Positions 11,299 to 21,960 of a stretch of 29,930 nucleotides of DNA are shown here, piece after piece. The notes under the pieces are model-generated. The model saw nothing but the letters and a program-made list of their open reading frames with translations, was not told the DNA's origin and searched no databases. Both the position numbers and the translations under genes were made by a program. How positions within the stretch are numbered: position 1 is the stretch's first letter; each line of letters begins with the position of its first letter. This DNA comes from Macrostomum lignano (lineage: Eukaryota): assembly GCA_002269645.1 (NCBI GenBank), contig NIVC01001299.1, positions 96,500 to 126,429 on the forward strand, given 5' to 3'.

Positions 11299-11382
11299 GC
11301 GTGGCGAGAGCATCCAAAAATAAATCGCGTGGCGAGAGCATCCAAAAATAAATCGCGTGGCGAGAGCATCCAAAAATAAATC
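11299..11382 (+). repeat. 28-bp perfect tandem repeat, 3 copies
   Basis: GCGTGGCGAGAGCATCCAAAAATAAATC at 11299, 11327 and 11355. Confidence 0.95.
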
Positions 11383-11954
11383 AACGAATAATCAGCCCAG
11401 TGTCAAAAACTCCAGCGATTCGCCGGCTAGACTACTTTTAAGCCCCCAAAATATTAAAAATACTGTGTACCTGTTGTACAAAAAATATTATATTAATACT
11501 ATATTACTTTTAGTATCTATTTTATAGCTGAATTTAGTTGAAATGTACAAATTGCCTACCTACAAAAAAGTAGTTAAAAGGGCGGAACCGCCAGCTAAAA
11601 GGCCAACTAATGTCCGGAGCGAAGAGGCGGAGACGAGCGAGCGGGCGATCGAGTACAGCGAGGCAGGCCCCAGAGCGATTAGGGCCCGCATTTTTCAAGT
11701 ATATTGTTGCGAAAATTAAAAATTTTGAGCGGCAGCAGCGCCCTCGATCGCGTTGAGCTGAGCAACGTATATATAAAACACACGCACACTGGGGATTAGG
11801 GGTGTTGAGTCAGAGCACGTACGTACAGCGCGTAAAAACAAGCACAAGTACAAGGTCGGGGCGATAAAAAGGGGGGCAGCGAGGCAGGTCGCTCAGCCAT
11901 TAAAAACGGCTAAAGCCCACTTGCTTTACCAGCCAATAACCGGCAATCGTCTGA

Positions 11955-12838
11955 CATGCGTGGTGCCTCATATATGGTGCAACAGCGAAGACTACGCCGC
12001 CTTTGGAGCCTCATGTCCTTGAGCCAGGCTCGGACAGATCCTCTGAAACAATTTCCTCGGCTAGCGGCTCTGCGACTTTGTTGGAAGGTGCTGGCCCAGC
12101 CAGCACCGAAGACCTCAATGCAGCCGCATCCGCATCAGCATCCGATGCCGATTCGACTGAGGAGGCACCTGCCAGCAATATTCAATATGATAACCCGATA
12201 AGCTATCCAATCAATGCGGACAAGTCCGGCGGCATCATCAAGCGCTTGGATGATGTCCAGCTTGAGTACTATCCTAATATGAGGCTTCCGAGCTCTATGA
12301 TAGACTACTCAAGGACCTCCTGCCAGTAGTGGTGCTGGCCAATAGACCAACAGAGCAGCGCAAGGTGGTCTGGTTTGGGCCAGACTACTCTTAATCCGGT
12401 GTGTCATTAGGTGCTAATCCGAACTGGCACCCAGCCGTTGAGGACATGCGCAACTTCCTCGAATTTAATGCCGAGTTGAATGCTCCTAAGTTTAACAGCT
12501 GCCTAATTAATTTCTATGAGACAGCTGACGACTACATCCCGTACCATGCCGACGACGAGGCCGAGCTGGGTCAAGATCCATGCATAGCAATGGTCTCGTT
12601 CGGTGTCGTCAGGCAATTTCTAGTACGCAATAATGCGGATCAACGCGAAGTCGCGAACTTTGACGCAAAACCCGGCTCTGTTATCATTATGGCTGGGGCC
12701 TGTCAAAGAAAGTGTAAGCACAGTGTCCCGGGTGTCGGTATCCAGGAGGGCATCCGTATTTCGCTCACCTTTAGGGTGACGCATCTCCCTTCAAGTCGTG
12801 AGTCCGACGCTCTTACCATTAAGCTACAGCCCCTCTAG
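11955..12838 (+). pseudogene. AlkB-family 2OG-Fe(II) dioxygenase (ALKBH2/3-like), intronless, disrupted
   Basis: An Ala/Ser/acidic N-terminal region is followed by LEYYPN, a frameshift near 12278, then EASELYDRLLKDL...RKVVWFGPDYS*SG (TAA at 12392-12394 where YxYSG is expected), FNSCLINFYE, YHADDE (HxD), IAMVSFG, KHSVP (His) and RISLTFR (RxxxxxR). Confidence 0.88.
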
Positions 12839-13303
12839 GCAAACAATTGATGCAGAGATTAATTATTTCCTATCAGCGTTTAAATGCTGAGATACCATCC
12901 TGCTCGAATGACTGTGTAGGTTGCGCGTTAAAGTGCGGCACTGGCCCGCTTCGCGTGGCATCTTTGGCACGTGCGATCGAACCGTGCCACTGCCACCCCC
13001 TGCAGCCAAAATCCACTCGCGCATCGGTCCGAGAGACTCCACCGATCTTTCCACTCCAGGCCCGAGCTCGGCCGTAGGCTTGAGGCTACGGGAAAATGTC
13101 CAGGCCCAGGCATTGAAACTGGTTTTCGTGTTCCATCATTTGCTGTTGTAAACAGAAGATAGTGGATAAATCAACAAATATCTGTAGTGACCTTCGCGAA
13201 CTTTCCCGATTATTGTGCTATTAAATATTCTACGCTATTAACTCTATTATGCTCTAAGCTCTAATTTCTATTAAGCTCATAATATTATTTCTACACCGTT
13301 TAG

Positions 13304-13702
13304 TAGAGGTCGGACGGGATCCCGATCCCGATCCCGAAATCTCGGGATCCCGAGGAAAATTGAATTCCCGCGGGACCAGAATCCCGACCCTAAAAAAGTC
13401 GAGATTCGGGAACAGGTCTTTCGATTAATAATTTATAGAATTAGTGATTACTTAAAGGTATTTTGCTTCAACTTGTACGCGTTACATTATTTACTTTGTT
13501 GGTTACAAAACTTCATATCACTTTCGTTGTGTTTTACTTCTTGATCTTGACAATCTTTTCTCAATTTTGTTTAACTTTACATGGACAATACACTAAAAGA
13601 CCTGATCCCGATTCCCGAATCCCGATCCCGATCCCGATCCCGAGAAAAAAATTATTCCCGATCCCGATCCCGCCCGAAGATTTCAATCCCGTCCGACCTC
13701 TA
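13304..13702. mobile_element. hAT-type non-autonomous element (MITE), 399 bp
   Basis: Perfect 17-bp TIR TAGAGGTCGGACGGGAT (13304-13320 / 13686-13702), 8-bp TSD CCGTTTAG (13296-13303, 13703-13710), and subterminal ATCCCG hexamer arrays at both ends. Confidence 0.92.
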
Positions 13703-14146
13703 CCGTTTAGGCATATTAAATTGTTAATTTACATGAATTCTTGTACTGTAACACTTAATCACTATTTAAGCAATACGTACATACAATTTAGTTTTGTTAT
13801 AGCGATGCACGTTTTTCCAGAACTTTCCGGAAAACCCAATTTCATTTATATATACACGAAACCAGATTTGCAATTATTTTAAGCCTTTTCAATCACTCGA
13901 TTGACTCAAACTAACAGAACATTCGACTGCTAAACCTTTACATATCCGCTTGACTTACTTGACTTAGCTGCAGGGTGGATACAGCGTGGAGGCGAGGGTC
14001 GCCCATTCCGCTAGCCCCTGAAGGCCCGCAGACAGGCAGAGGCGTGGGGCCGGTCAGGGTGAAGATTTGATCGAGTGGTGATCAGTCACTCGAAAACTCA
14101 CACTTCCAGACACTTGAGCCTGGGAACAAAATCACTGATTACTTAC

Positions 14147-15041
14147 TGTTGCGGGCTCCTCTTCTTTGTTGCGCGTGTCTGTAGAGCTCGTCTCCTTAGA
14201 GCTGTTGCTCCCGGGGTGGTCTTCTTGAAGTCTAAACTCAGCCGAAAGCGAGAGCGTAACAATAAAATCGACGTCGCAGTATTCCTCGAGTGCAGAAATC
14301 AATGCATTCCTCGAGTGCAGAAATCAATGTCAACGATGCGCCCTAATAACAAAATCAACTTCTATAACAATACGAGGTCCTCCAGAAAGGGCGTCTTCTT
14401 CTAGAACTAATGGAATCGGAGTCGTGTGCTCCTATCGGTTAATCTAGGATAACCAAAATCAATAACTCGATAATCCTCTAAGGGTATCGGAATCGGTCCG
14501 CAGATCCTCTCCAATCCCTTAGGAAAAGGGAGGCCTCAAACTTAATAGACTCGTAAAAATCATCTGAACAGTAACGGCCGGCAATAAAATTGCTCTCAAT
14601 AATCCAAATAACGAAGACCCAATCAAAGCTTACCAATTGGTATTTAATCTCTTCCTCAGAGATATAGCCTCGTTTGGCTGCTCTTGCAAAGCCCAAGATC
14701 TTTGGAGGCTGTTCCGAGTCTGAGATTTAAGCTCGAATTTCGCTTTTGTATTAATACACAATTTGACGGTCTTGAGTCGACCTTGAGCTCAGAACCGGTT
14801 TTTTGATGAGTTCACGAAGGGAATATTATTATTTGACAGGTGGGGTTTTTGAATAGAAAAGGGTGAGACTTGGGTCACATTCAGGTTAACATTTACCGTA
14901 TTTGGAAGTTCTAAAAATAGATGTCGAGAACCGGTTTTTCGGACAATAGCATAGTCACCCGCTGTTTGCATGATATTACTGGTGTTACTAAAAATAGAGT
15001 ATGACGCATAGCTATTTTTAAATTTGTGTTCATAATTTTAT
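14147..15041. mobile_element. Unclassified 895-bp insertion in the LINE 3' UTR
   Basis: Flanked by CTTAC (14142-14146, 15042-15046; extendable to CTTACT). It starts TGTTGCGGG, is AT-richer than the surrounding LINE, and contains a 23-bp internal duplication ATTCCTCGAGTGCAGAAATCAAT at ~14281-14328. Confidence 0.6.
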
Positions 15042-15078
15042 CTTACTACTTCTGGTAGGCTACCATGTTTGGAGATCC

Positions 15079-16549
15079 CTACAAGGGTGGTCCGCCGGTC
15101 CGTCTTGCAGCGTGATCTTCCGTGGGGAAGAAAGTGGCTCGTCTTGTCGTCCAAAGGAACTGGATGAGCCGTGGGATGCTGTCGGGCTGGCAGACATCGT
15201 CAATGGACGGGTTCGGCCCGAGGTAGCGTAGCCAGTCTCTGGTAAAGAAAGGGCAGTGACAAACAAAATGCTCAGCATCCTCATTGTCGTACTCACAAAA
15301 AGGGCAAAGTTCACTTTCGAGGTCGCCTCGGAGAGGAAGCAGTGCCTGGCGAGGTAGCCATGGCCGGTAAAGGTCATGACAAGGGCTCGAATATCCTTCT
15401 GATTTTGGTTCAGAAGGACGTTTCTGAGCCTACGAGAGAGACACGGAACCGCGGCACGAGATTGTCGGCAGTTTTGTGTGCCCGCCCATCTGTCCCTGTG
15501 GAGGGAGTCAGCCCAGTCATCGATCTGACGATGATGACTGTCAAGGGCATAGGGACCAAGGGGGCAGGGCCAAAGAAAGAGCCAGAGCCGCCCCTCTTGG
15601 CGAGGGTCCCCGGAAACCCTGCGTGTCCTACCCTTCAGCCTAACAGTATTGCTACTGGCCAGAAGGTTGAGCTGCCGGACGCAGTCGGCGACTGTCCGGG
15701 AGTTCGTTGTGGTGTGGCAAAGGGCCTGTAAGGCCGCTTGGCTTTCAGAGTGGATGACAATAGTCTCTCCTCTCGTACCCTTGGCGTTCAGCTCTGCAGC
15801 GCAGGAGCTGATGGCAAGGACTTCGTTCTGGAAGACTGTGGAGAGTCTGCCAGTGTGCTGGGCATACGTAAAAATGACGCGGCCGTTGATGATGATGCAG
15901 ACCCCAAAGCCGGTGTGGCGGTCTTTGATGGATCTGTCCGTGTAGCAATGGACCTCCTGGAAGTTCCAGTTGTCAGTGGCAGCATCCCTTGAGGGGATGG
16001 TGACCTTGTAGCGCTGAAAGAGGTTGAGAGTGCGGCGTTCGCCGTCAGATAAGACGTGGAGCCCGCTCGCTGTCTCTCAAGTCTTTGAGGCAGAGGTCGG
16101 CGAGAGGCAGCAGCTTGCGCTTAGCCATGGCCCTTTGGGGCTGGATTCGAATGCCAGCGTCAATTAGACGGCGGGTAGTCTTAGCCGCTTCCCTGCGGAC
16201 GAAGATGTCCAGCGGGGGAATGTTGAGGAAGGCGTTGTGGCCATCTTAGGGAGCAGACGGGGGGCGCTCATGATCATGCGGCATGCGCGCCCTTGCGCTC
16301 TCCTGAGAGCCTCTAGACAGGTCTTCATCTGCAGGGCGCTAGCCCAGATCAGGCCGCCATACTAGATAGCGGGCCTAACCATTGCAGTGTAGATCCACCA
16401 GAGGCGCTTGGGGGTGAGCCCCCAGGTGGTGCCGACAGCCCTGCGCGGTTTCGCGAGGACTGCGAGGGCCTTTTTGGCTTTTGTTTGAACGTGGGGTGAC
16501 CAGTTCAGCCTGTGCTCCAGGGTAATACCTAGACATTTAGTCTGCTTGC
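15079..16549 (-). pseudogene. LINE ORF2, 3' part: RT thumb, RNase H and CCHC zinc knuckle
   Basis: Minus-strand translation gives KQTKCLGITLEHRLNW, WGLTP...WIYTAMVRP, FLNIPPLD, the RNase H motifs YTDRS (for YTDGS), TVFQNEVLAI and IHSESQAAL, then CPFCEYDNEDAEHFVCHCP, with the stop at 15079-15081. Confidence 0.92.
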
Positions 16550-18383
16550 TTTAATGTGAGCATCTTATGTTAATTACCTTTAATTGTCATTAATTATTAA
16601 TTGATGTTTTCGTTCTATTTTTGGATTTGTTTTCAAAGTGCTTTTTGTTAGTTAGAGTTTATTATTGCGAAACAACTAGACGCGTTCCAAAACCAGTTAA
16701 CTCAGCGGAGGGTCGACAACTTGGTAGGAGCTTTTGGGTTTCCATTTTTCGGGTTCGGGGTAGAATCCGAACCCGAAGCTCTAACCCCGAACCCGGAACC
16801 CGACACGGACCCAAAACCCGACCCAACCCGACCCCAAAATTCTACCTGAAAAAAACATCAATACTCAATCAGAATCAAAATAGTTGCACTATTTTTCGTA
16901 TTTTTTATTTCGTATTCTTAACAATTAATACGAATAATTTTTGAGTCATGCTGACTGTCAGAAATTCAACTAAATTTTAGAAAATCACATTGATATAGTC
17001 CATTTTTCATTTTAACCAAGAGACATGGCTCAGAATTTGGAATCAGCAGATTCATAAATAAAGGCACTGCGAACTATTAAAGATTCTGTCAATAAATTAT
17101 TTAATAATATGATTACATAATAATAATATTAGTCAAGACATTCCTCAGCTCAGTTTAATGCAAGCAATGCAAATGCACCAATTTGGTCTTCTTTTGCTTG
17201 GAGAAGGATTATATAAATTCAATTTTTTTTCTAACGGATTCTTGACGAAGCCATAATATATCATTTTTTGTAATTTGTTGCGCATTATAAGGTAAGGTAG
17301 CTAGAATACTAGAATGATATTTATAACGATTTAAAAAATTAAATATATGCGAAAAAACCTAGAAACACTCAGTTTACGCTTAATTTCGTTTCAACTCGTA
17401 GAAAATATAAAAAACCCAAAAACCCCGAACCCGGTACCAAAACCCGAACAACCGAAATCCGAACCCGAATACACTACCCCGAACCCCGAACCCGACCCGA
17501 ACGCCTACCCCGAACCCCGAACCCGGTGTCAAAACCCGACTCTACCCGGCCTGAGAGCGCGCCGTGGGTTCAGTGCAATTTGGATTATCGAGCGGTCAGC
17601 CAGACAGACATCCCGGTTCTTCTCCTTTTCGTCTGGTTGATCGTTTTCGTCTCCCGGCCGTTTTGCCATCTGCCGTGCTTTGAGGCGCTTTTATCGAGTC
17701 GAGCCCCGGCCCATATCTTGTTCCGCTGCCCGACCGCAGTAGCCTTGCCGGCGTAACAATCGCGACAACCTTTTTCAGAGTTTGTCGTCGGCAAGCGCGG
17801 TATAGGTAGGAACTGTCGGTTTGACATAGTACGCCACCTCGATGCCGAGGGCCCCAGTGTTTCACTGAAAGGCATATCTGGTAGGATTTGGCGAGGGATT
17901 CGCTGAACCGTCAGACCGTCAGTGTCCTCTTCTGGGAATAGGACCTTGGGATTAGGCCAGGGGTGAGTAGGAAGATTCTCCGTTGGTCCTGTGTTCTGGT
18001 TTCGCCTTTTCACTTCTTCCAGCATTGAGATCCACTCGCCAGAGTGCGTTGTTTTCATTTGTCAAGAGTTAAATTGCGAATTGCGTTATCTAATCTGTGT
18101 TAAAATTTGGAGTCAACCAAATATTAAGAATTCAAGTCTCAGTCAGTCATTATGTCAGATTAGGATCATCAATCTAAATCCATCTGGAATTGCATTCAAC
18201 CGCGTTATTCATTTACTTGTACCGTATCTGCGACTATTGGAGAAAGCTTGGTAGGACTCACCTATCCGCGATAGGCAATAGGAATTAATATGTAGTTTTA
18301 AAATCTCCGATCGCTCCAGTAGGTTTGTCTAGGGCCTAAAAAACGGCTCGTATTTGCCGTATCGCAATATATCCAATATTACA
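16550..18383. mobile_element. Unclassified 1834-bp insertion splitting LINE ORF2
   Basis: Flanked by TTGC (16546-16549, 18384-18387). Removing it restores the frame ...GREILFC|KQTKCLG.... The right end reads TGTAATATTGG on the minus strand. Confidence 0.8.
16725..17544. mobile_element. Degenerate hAT-like element with (A)ACCCGA-rich subterminal repeats and AT-rich core, nested in the 16550-18383 insertion
   Basis: ACCCGA/CCCGAA clusters at ~16750-16835 and ~17415-17540. The right end ACCCGACTCTA (reverse complement TAGAGTCGGGT) resembles the TAGAGGTCGG end of the 13304 MITE. No matching left TIR or TSD was found. Confidence 0.5.
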
Positions 18384-20146
18384 TTGCAGAAGAGGATTTC
18401 CCTTCCGTAAAGTGTGAGCGACCGAATCTGCCACTTGGTCCTGCTGGTGAACATGATCGCTGCGGTCTTAGTCTCAGAGAGCTTTAGACCACAGCGATCC
18501 GCCCATTGCTCAGCGGCGTAGATGAAGTTCTGAAGAAGGTCCCTGATGGTGTCAGGGGACGGACCAGATGCCACCGCGGTGACATCGTCCGCATATCCTA
18601 CTTTCAGAATGGGGTCAGGCGAGCATCCCGAAGGAGCTCATCGATGATCATGATCCAGAGAACTGGAGACAGCACCCCACCTTGCGGGCTACCTTTGCAG
18701 ACGGGGACCGTCCTCTGGTAGCCCAGCAGACTTGCGGTGGCCGTGCGATGGCTGATCATGTACATGATCCATCTGGTGAGATGTGAGTGCGTTTGCCTCT
18801 CACAAAGAGCTCTTCGGAACGCCTCGAAGAGGATGTTATCGAAGGCGCCAATGATGTCCAGGAAGATCCCCAGAGCGAAGCCGCAACCAAGCACGGCCTT
18901 CTCAAGTTATCGAGCAGGACGTACAGCGCGATTTCAGTGGAGCGACCCACCCGAAAAACGTGCTGGTTCTCGCTGGTAGGCTTGTTCTTCAGCTCTACGG
19001 AGAGAAGGCGCCACAGCACCAGTCTCTCCATCAGCTTGACCGGGGAGGAGGTCAGGCTGATCGGTTTGAAGGATTTGATAGATTGGTATTCCGGGCGGCC
19101 TGGCTTAGGGATAAAAATCACCTTTGCCTCGGTCCATGCCTGCGGAACATAACCAAGCACGCCCGAAAAAGGCTGCAAAGTTTACGCAGGAAGCCTGGGC
19201 AATTAACCGCCTCTCTTAGAAGGGCAGGTACGATGCCGTCGGACCCTGGGGCTTTGAAAGGTTTGAAGGAGTTAGCCACTCTCACGATGCGGTCCTCCGT
19301 GATAATAGAGGCAGCCAGCGCGTGACCTCCCTCCGAGTGATCCGGAGTGGTCGGGCTAGCTGGCTCGTTGGGGAAAAACGCAGTGAGCATTTCATCAAGC
19401 GTTTCCCCTGGGTTGTCCGTGGACGTACCGTTGGTGCGTTTGACTGAGGAAAGCTTAGAAATTTTGTCCAGCGTAAGCGCTTTCGCAATTCTGGAGGTGG
19501 GGCGTGAGCCCTCTAGCTCCTCGCAGTATTGTCGCCATTTTTGAGCCTTTGCATTCCTAACCTGCCTTTTTAAACTCATGGATTGCTTCATGATAGGCGG
19601 TTTGGTCCGCTGGGCTCTTAGTTTTAGTTGCTCTGCGGTGGAGTCTCTTAGCTCTGCGACGGAGGCCAGATTAATGCCGGTGCTGCCCCAGTGAGTATGG
19701 TGGGCGTTGATGTCGCTGGCAACCATAAGCTCGTAGTTTTTGGCACAGCAGAGCTCCACCAGCGTAGCGAGGGCTCTGGGGACGACCGCAGCATCGCCTG
19801 GTAGGTAGACCGAGGCTATGAGGGTGGTCTTCCCAGGAAGGAGGTCCTCAGATTGGATGACGCAGATGTCCCTGTTAGACAGGTCCGATCTGAGCCACGC
19901 ACTGAACATGTTGACCGAAAAGATGCAAGCTCTGGGAGACTGGTTGGCCTCGTGAAGTTATGTATAAAAACAGTTGTAGCTGGCAGGGGCGTTTTGAGGC
20001 TTACCTCTAAGAGTCCAGGGTTCCTGGACGAAGATGAGCCCTGGCGTGTCGAGCTCGGCGTGACGCATAAGGTTGACCGAGGCTGCAACGCAGTGTTGCA
20101 GATTAATCTGCTAGCAATGGATTCCCTGGCTGCTGATCATTATCAT
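18384..20146 (-). pseudogene. LINE ORF2, 5' part: AP endonuclease and reverse transcriptase (stops, frameshifts, internal deletion)
   Basis: APE motifs QINLQH, FVQEPW, PRACI, SNRD, SVYLP and DINAHHTHWGS; the C-terminal half of APE appears deleted near 19670. RT motifs FKAPGSDGI, WTEAKVIFIPKPG, FKPISLTS, FLDIIGAFD, GSPQGGVLSP and YADD (18584-18595). Confidence 0.95.
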
Positions 20147-20344
20147 GCAGTTGGGTAATCTGTGAGCAGGTCATCCTCCTCCTTTTCAGGGGTGGTTGGC
20201 CCTCAGATCTCCATGGGAGTTTCAGCGTCCTCGGCAGTTAGGGTGGCTGCGGAGTCCTCCGCGGGTATGAGCCCAGCGTGGACGTTACCGTCGCCTCCCC
20301 TACGTGCTTCGGTGCTTCACTGCCCGTCCCCTCTGCCTCGTCGG

Positions 20345-21310
20345 TCAGGTCGATGCGGGTGGTGCCAGCCTCCTGGTGAGTCGCAGACTCGAACAGTCGG
20401 TCGGCGCCTTCCCGCCGACAGCCCGGCCTTCTGGCTGTTGGGGTGGAGCACGAGAAGCGCGGGCCTGGATCAGACCGGACCTCCGGGTGCTCCTGGCGGG
20501 TCTGCGATTGCGATATCCGGTTTTAGCAGCGCGAACTGCCTTACTGGGCTTGGGGTCGGCCGTTTGCCTCAGCTTCTTTGCCGGAAGAGCCTGGGCCCCA
20601 GTTCCGGTTTCGGAAACCTCGGCATGCTTGGCTTCATCAGCTTTCCGCTCCTTGCAACGGAGGATGGTCAGCTGAGTCAGACGAAGGTGGATTGTGGACT
20701 TAGGCGGCAGGCGCTTAGCCCAGTCGTCGGAGAGCCCAAGAATCACCGTGGCCCCCTTCTCCTTGCGGGAAGTGGCGTGGTGTATTATCCCATTGACCTC
20801 AAGGCCAGGATGCAGCTTTAGCAGGATTAGCCTAAGCTGATCCCCGGACTTAATGGCACTGCCGGCCGGGATCCGGACGCAAAAGCGCTGGGTCTTTTGT
20901 TGCTCGCCCTCGCTGGCGAAGACAAGCTTGCCGAGCTTCTTGGGCCTGTTCAACTTTGGCAGAAGCTCGCGTAGACTGCGGCTGCTCTCCTCCGAGTTGC
21001 ACCAGATGAAGATGCAGCCGTCGGTCTTGGTAGATTTGACCACGCTCACGGGCGTAGTTGGTGGCGGCGGTTCCCGAAGGCCCGGCCGCGCTGGTAGCAG
21101 GTTTACTGGGTGGCTCATCAGCGGGGGTTGTATCCTGGGGGCAGGGGTTGCTGTGGCTCCTTTCGGCCCAACGGCAGCCTCGCCCTCCCTAGGTTCCCCC
21201 TCCGCCGGTGGCCGGCCCGCAGTATCCCGCAGTCGCCGTCGCCGCTCGTTGCGGCGTTGGTTGCGGGCACGTCGGGCCTCTGCTGAGGGCCCGGGTGCGC
21301 GTGCGGGCAT
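20345..21310 (-). CDS. LINE ORF1 (321 aa; basic Arg-rich N-terminus, Pro-rich linker, central globular region)
   Basis: ORF track 20345..21310, directly upstream of ORF2 on the same strand. The composition is typical of LINE ORF1; no specific domain was confirmed. Confidence 0.7.
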   Translation of the reverse strand: MPARAPGPSAEARRARNQRRNERRRRLRDTAGRPPAEGEPREGEAAVGPKGATATPAPRIQPPLMSHPVNLLPARPGLREPPPPTTPVSVVKSTKTDGCIFIWCNSEESSRSLRELLPKLNRPKKLGKLVFASEGEQQKTQRFCVRIPAGSAIKSGDQLRLILLKLHPGLEVNGIIHHATSRKEKGATVILGLSDDWAKRLPPKSTIHLRLTQLTILRCKERKADEAKHAEVSETGTGAQALPAKKLRQTADPKPSKAVRAAKTGYRNRRPARSTRRSGLIQARASRAPPQQPEGRAVGGKAPTDCSSLRLTRRLAPPAST

Positions 21311-21960
21311 GTCACCGGCCGAGCCGGTGGCAAGCCCATCTGCCCCCGGTGGGGCGGCGCTGGTGCTAGAGTCACCGGCCGGAGTTGCCGGGGCCCCGGC
21401 TTCAGCGGGAGTTTTATGTTTTAGAGGCGGAGCTGAAAGCGGGAAGGAGTGAGCTGAGTCACAAAGGAAAGAGGAAAGAAGAAAAAGGAAAAGGAAGGAC
21501 CGCTAGCGACCGGACAACCCCCCGGCCTTCCAGCCCATCGGCACAGTCAAACACCTTAGGCACGTTAAGCAGTACCACGGCCTGCAGGCTGGCGAGCCAG
21601 ACCCGCATACCCAAGTTCGGCCGAAGCCACTAGATGCGTCGCCAGCGTCGGAGCCCAGTCAGTCCAGCAGCCCCAGGGTCTGCCTTGAACACACGCGGGG
21701 ACGAGTACCCCTGGGTCCTGGGTACCCCTACTACTTGCGAGACAGCGTGGGGGAGGGTCTGCGGCTGCCAGCGGCAAATAGAGGGTGCAGACCTCCCACC
21801 AGCCTTAACCTGCGGATAGATAGGGGATAGGGGCAGGCGTGAAGCATCGCAGACCATAGCCCATAGGCCTGGTCTGTCTCATATTTCACAGGCGTGCTGA
21901 ATACACCTTCGCATGCAATATATCCGCTACATTTACTTTAGTAATGGCGATACGCGAGAT

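Larger units (their letters stand above)
13951..21919 (-). mobile_element. Decayed non-LTR retrotransposon (APE-RT-RNase H; LOA/R1/I-group architecture), near full length, with two nested insertions
   Basis: ORF1 plus disrupted ORF2 (see separate features). The 3' end has a short tandem tail (TAAGTCAAGTAAGTCAAG on the minus strand, ~13949-13967). Candidate 9-bp TSD ATATCCGCT at 13942-13950 and 21920-21928. The outer boundaries are less certain than the identity. Confidence 0.85.

Noticed and set aside
11299-11382. CRISPR-like array (28-bp repeats); the 44-bp and 32-bp arrays were also considered
   Set aside because: The repeats are head-to-tail with no unique spacers, there are no cas genes, and the context is eukaryotic.
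13463-13882. 139-aa and similar PIPIP/PNPEP-rich ORFs (also 16621..16944, 17347..17640)
   Set aside because: They are translations of MITE subterminal hexamer repeats and AT-rich flanks.
14478-14971. Possible Ty3/Gypsy integrase C-terminus (GPY/F-like GDYAIVRKTGSRHLFLELP plus chromodomain-like segment)
   Set aside because: The resemblance is only a loose pattern, the key aromatic residues of a chromodomain are not convincing, and the two pieces are in different frames.
15342-21857. Numerous plus-strand ORFs over the LINE (e.g. 20162..20821, 20853..21452, 18787..19152, 15342..15731)
   Set aside because: They are antisense shadows of the GC-rich minus-strand LINE ORFs.
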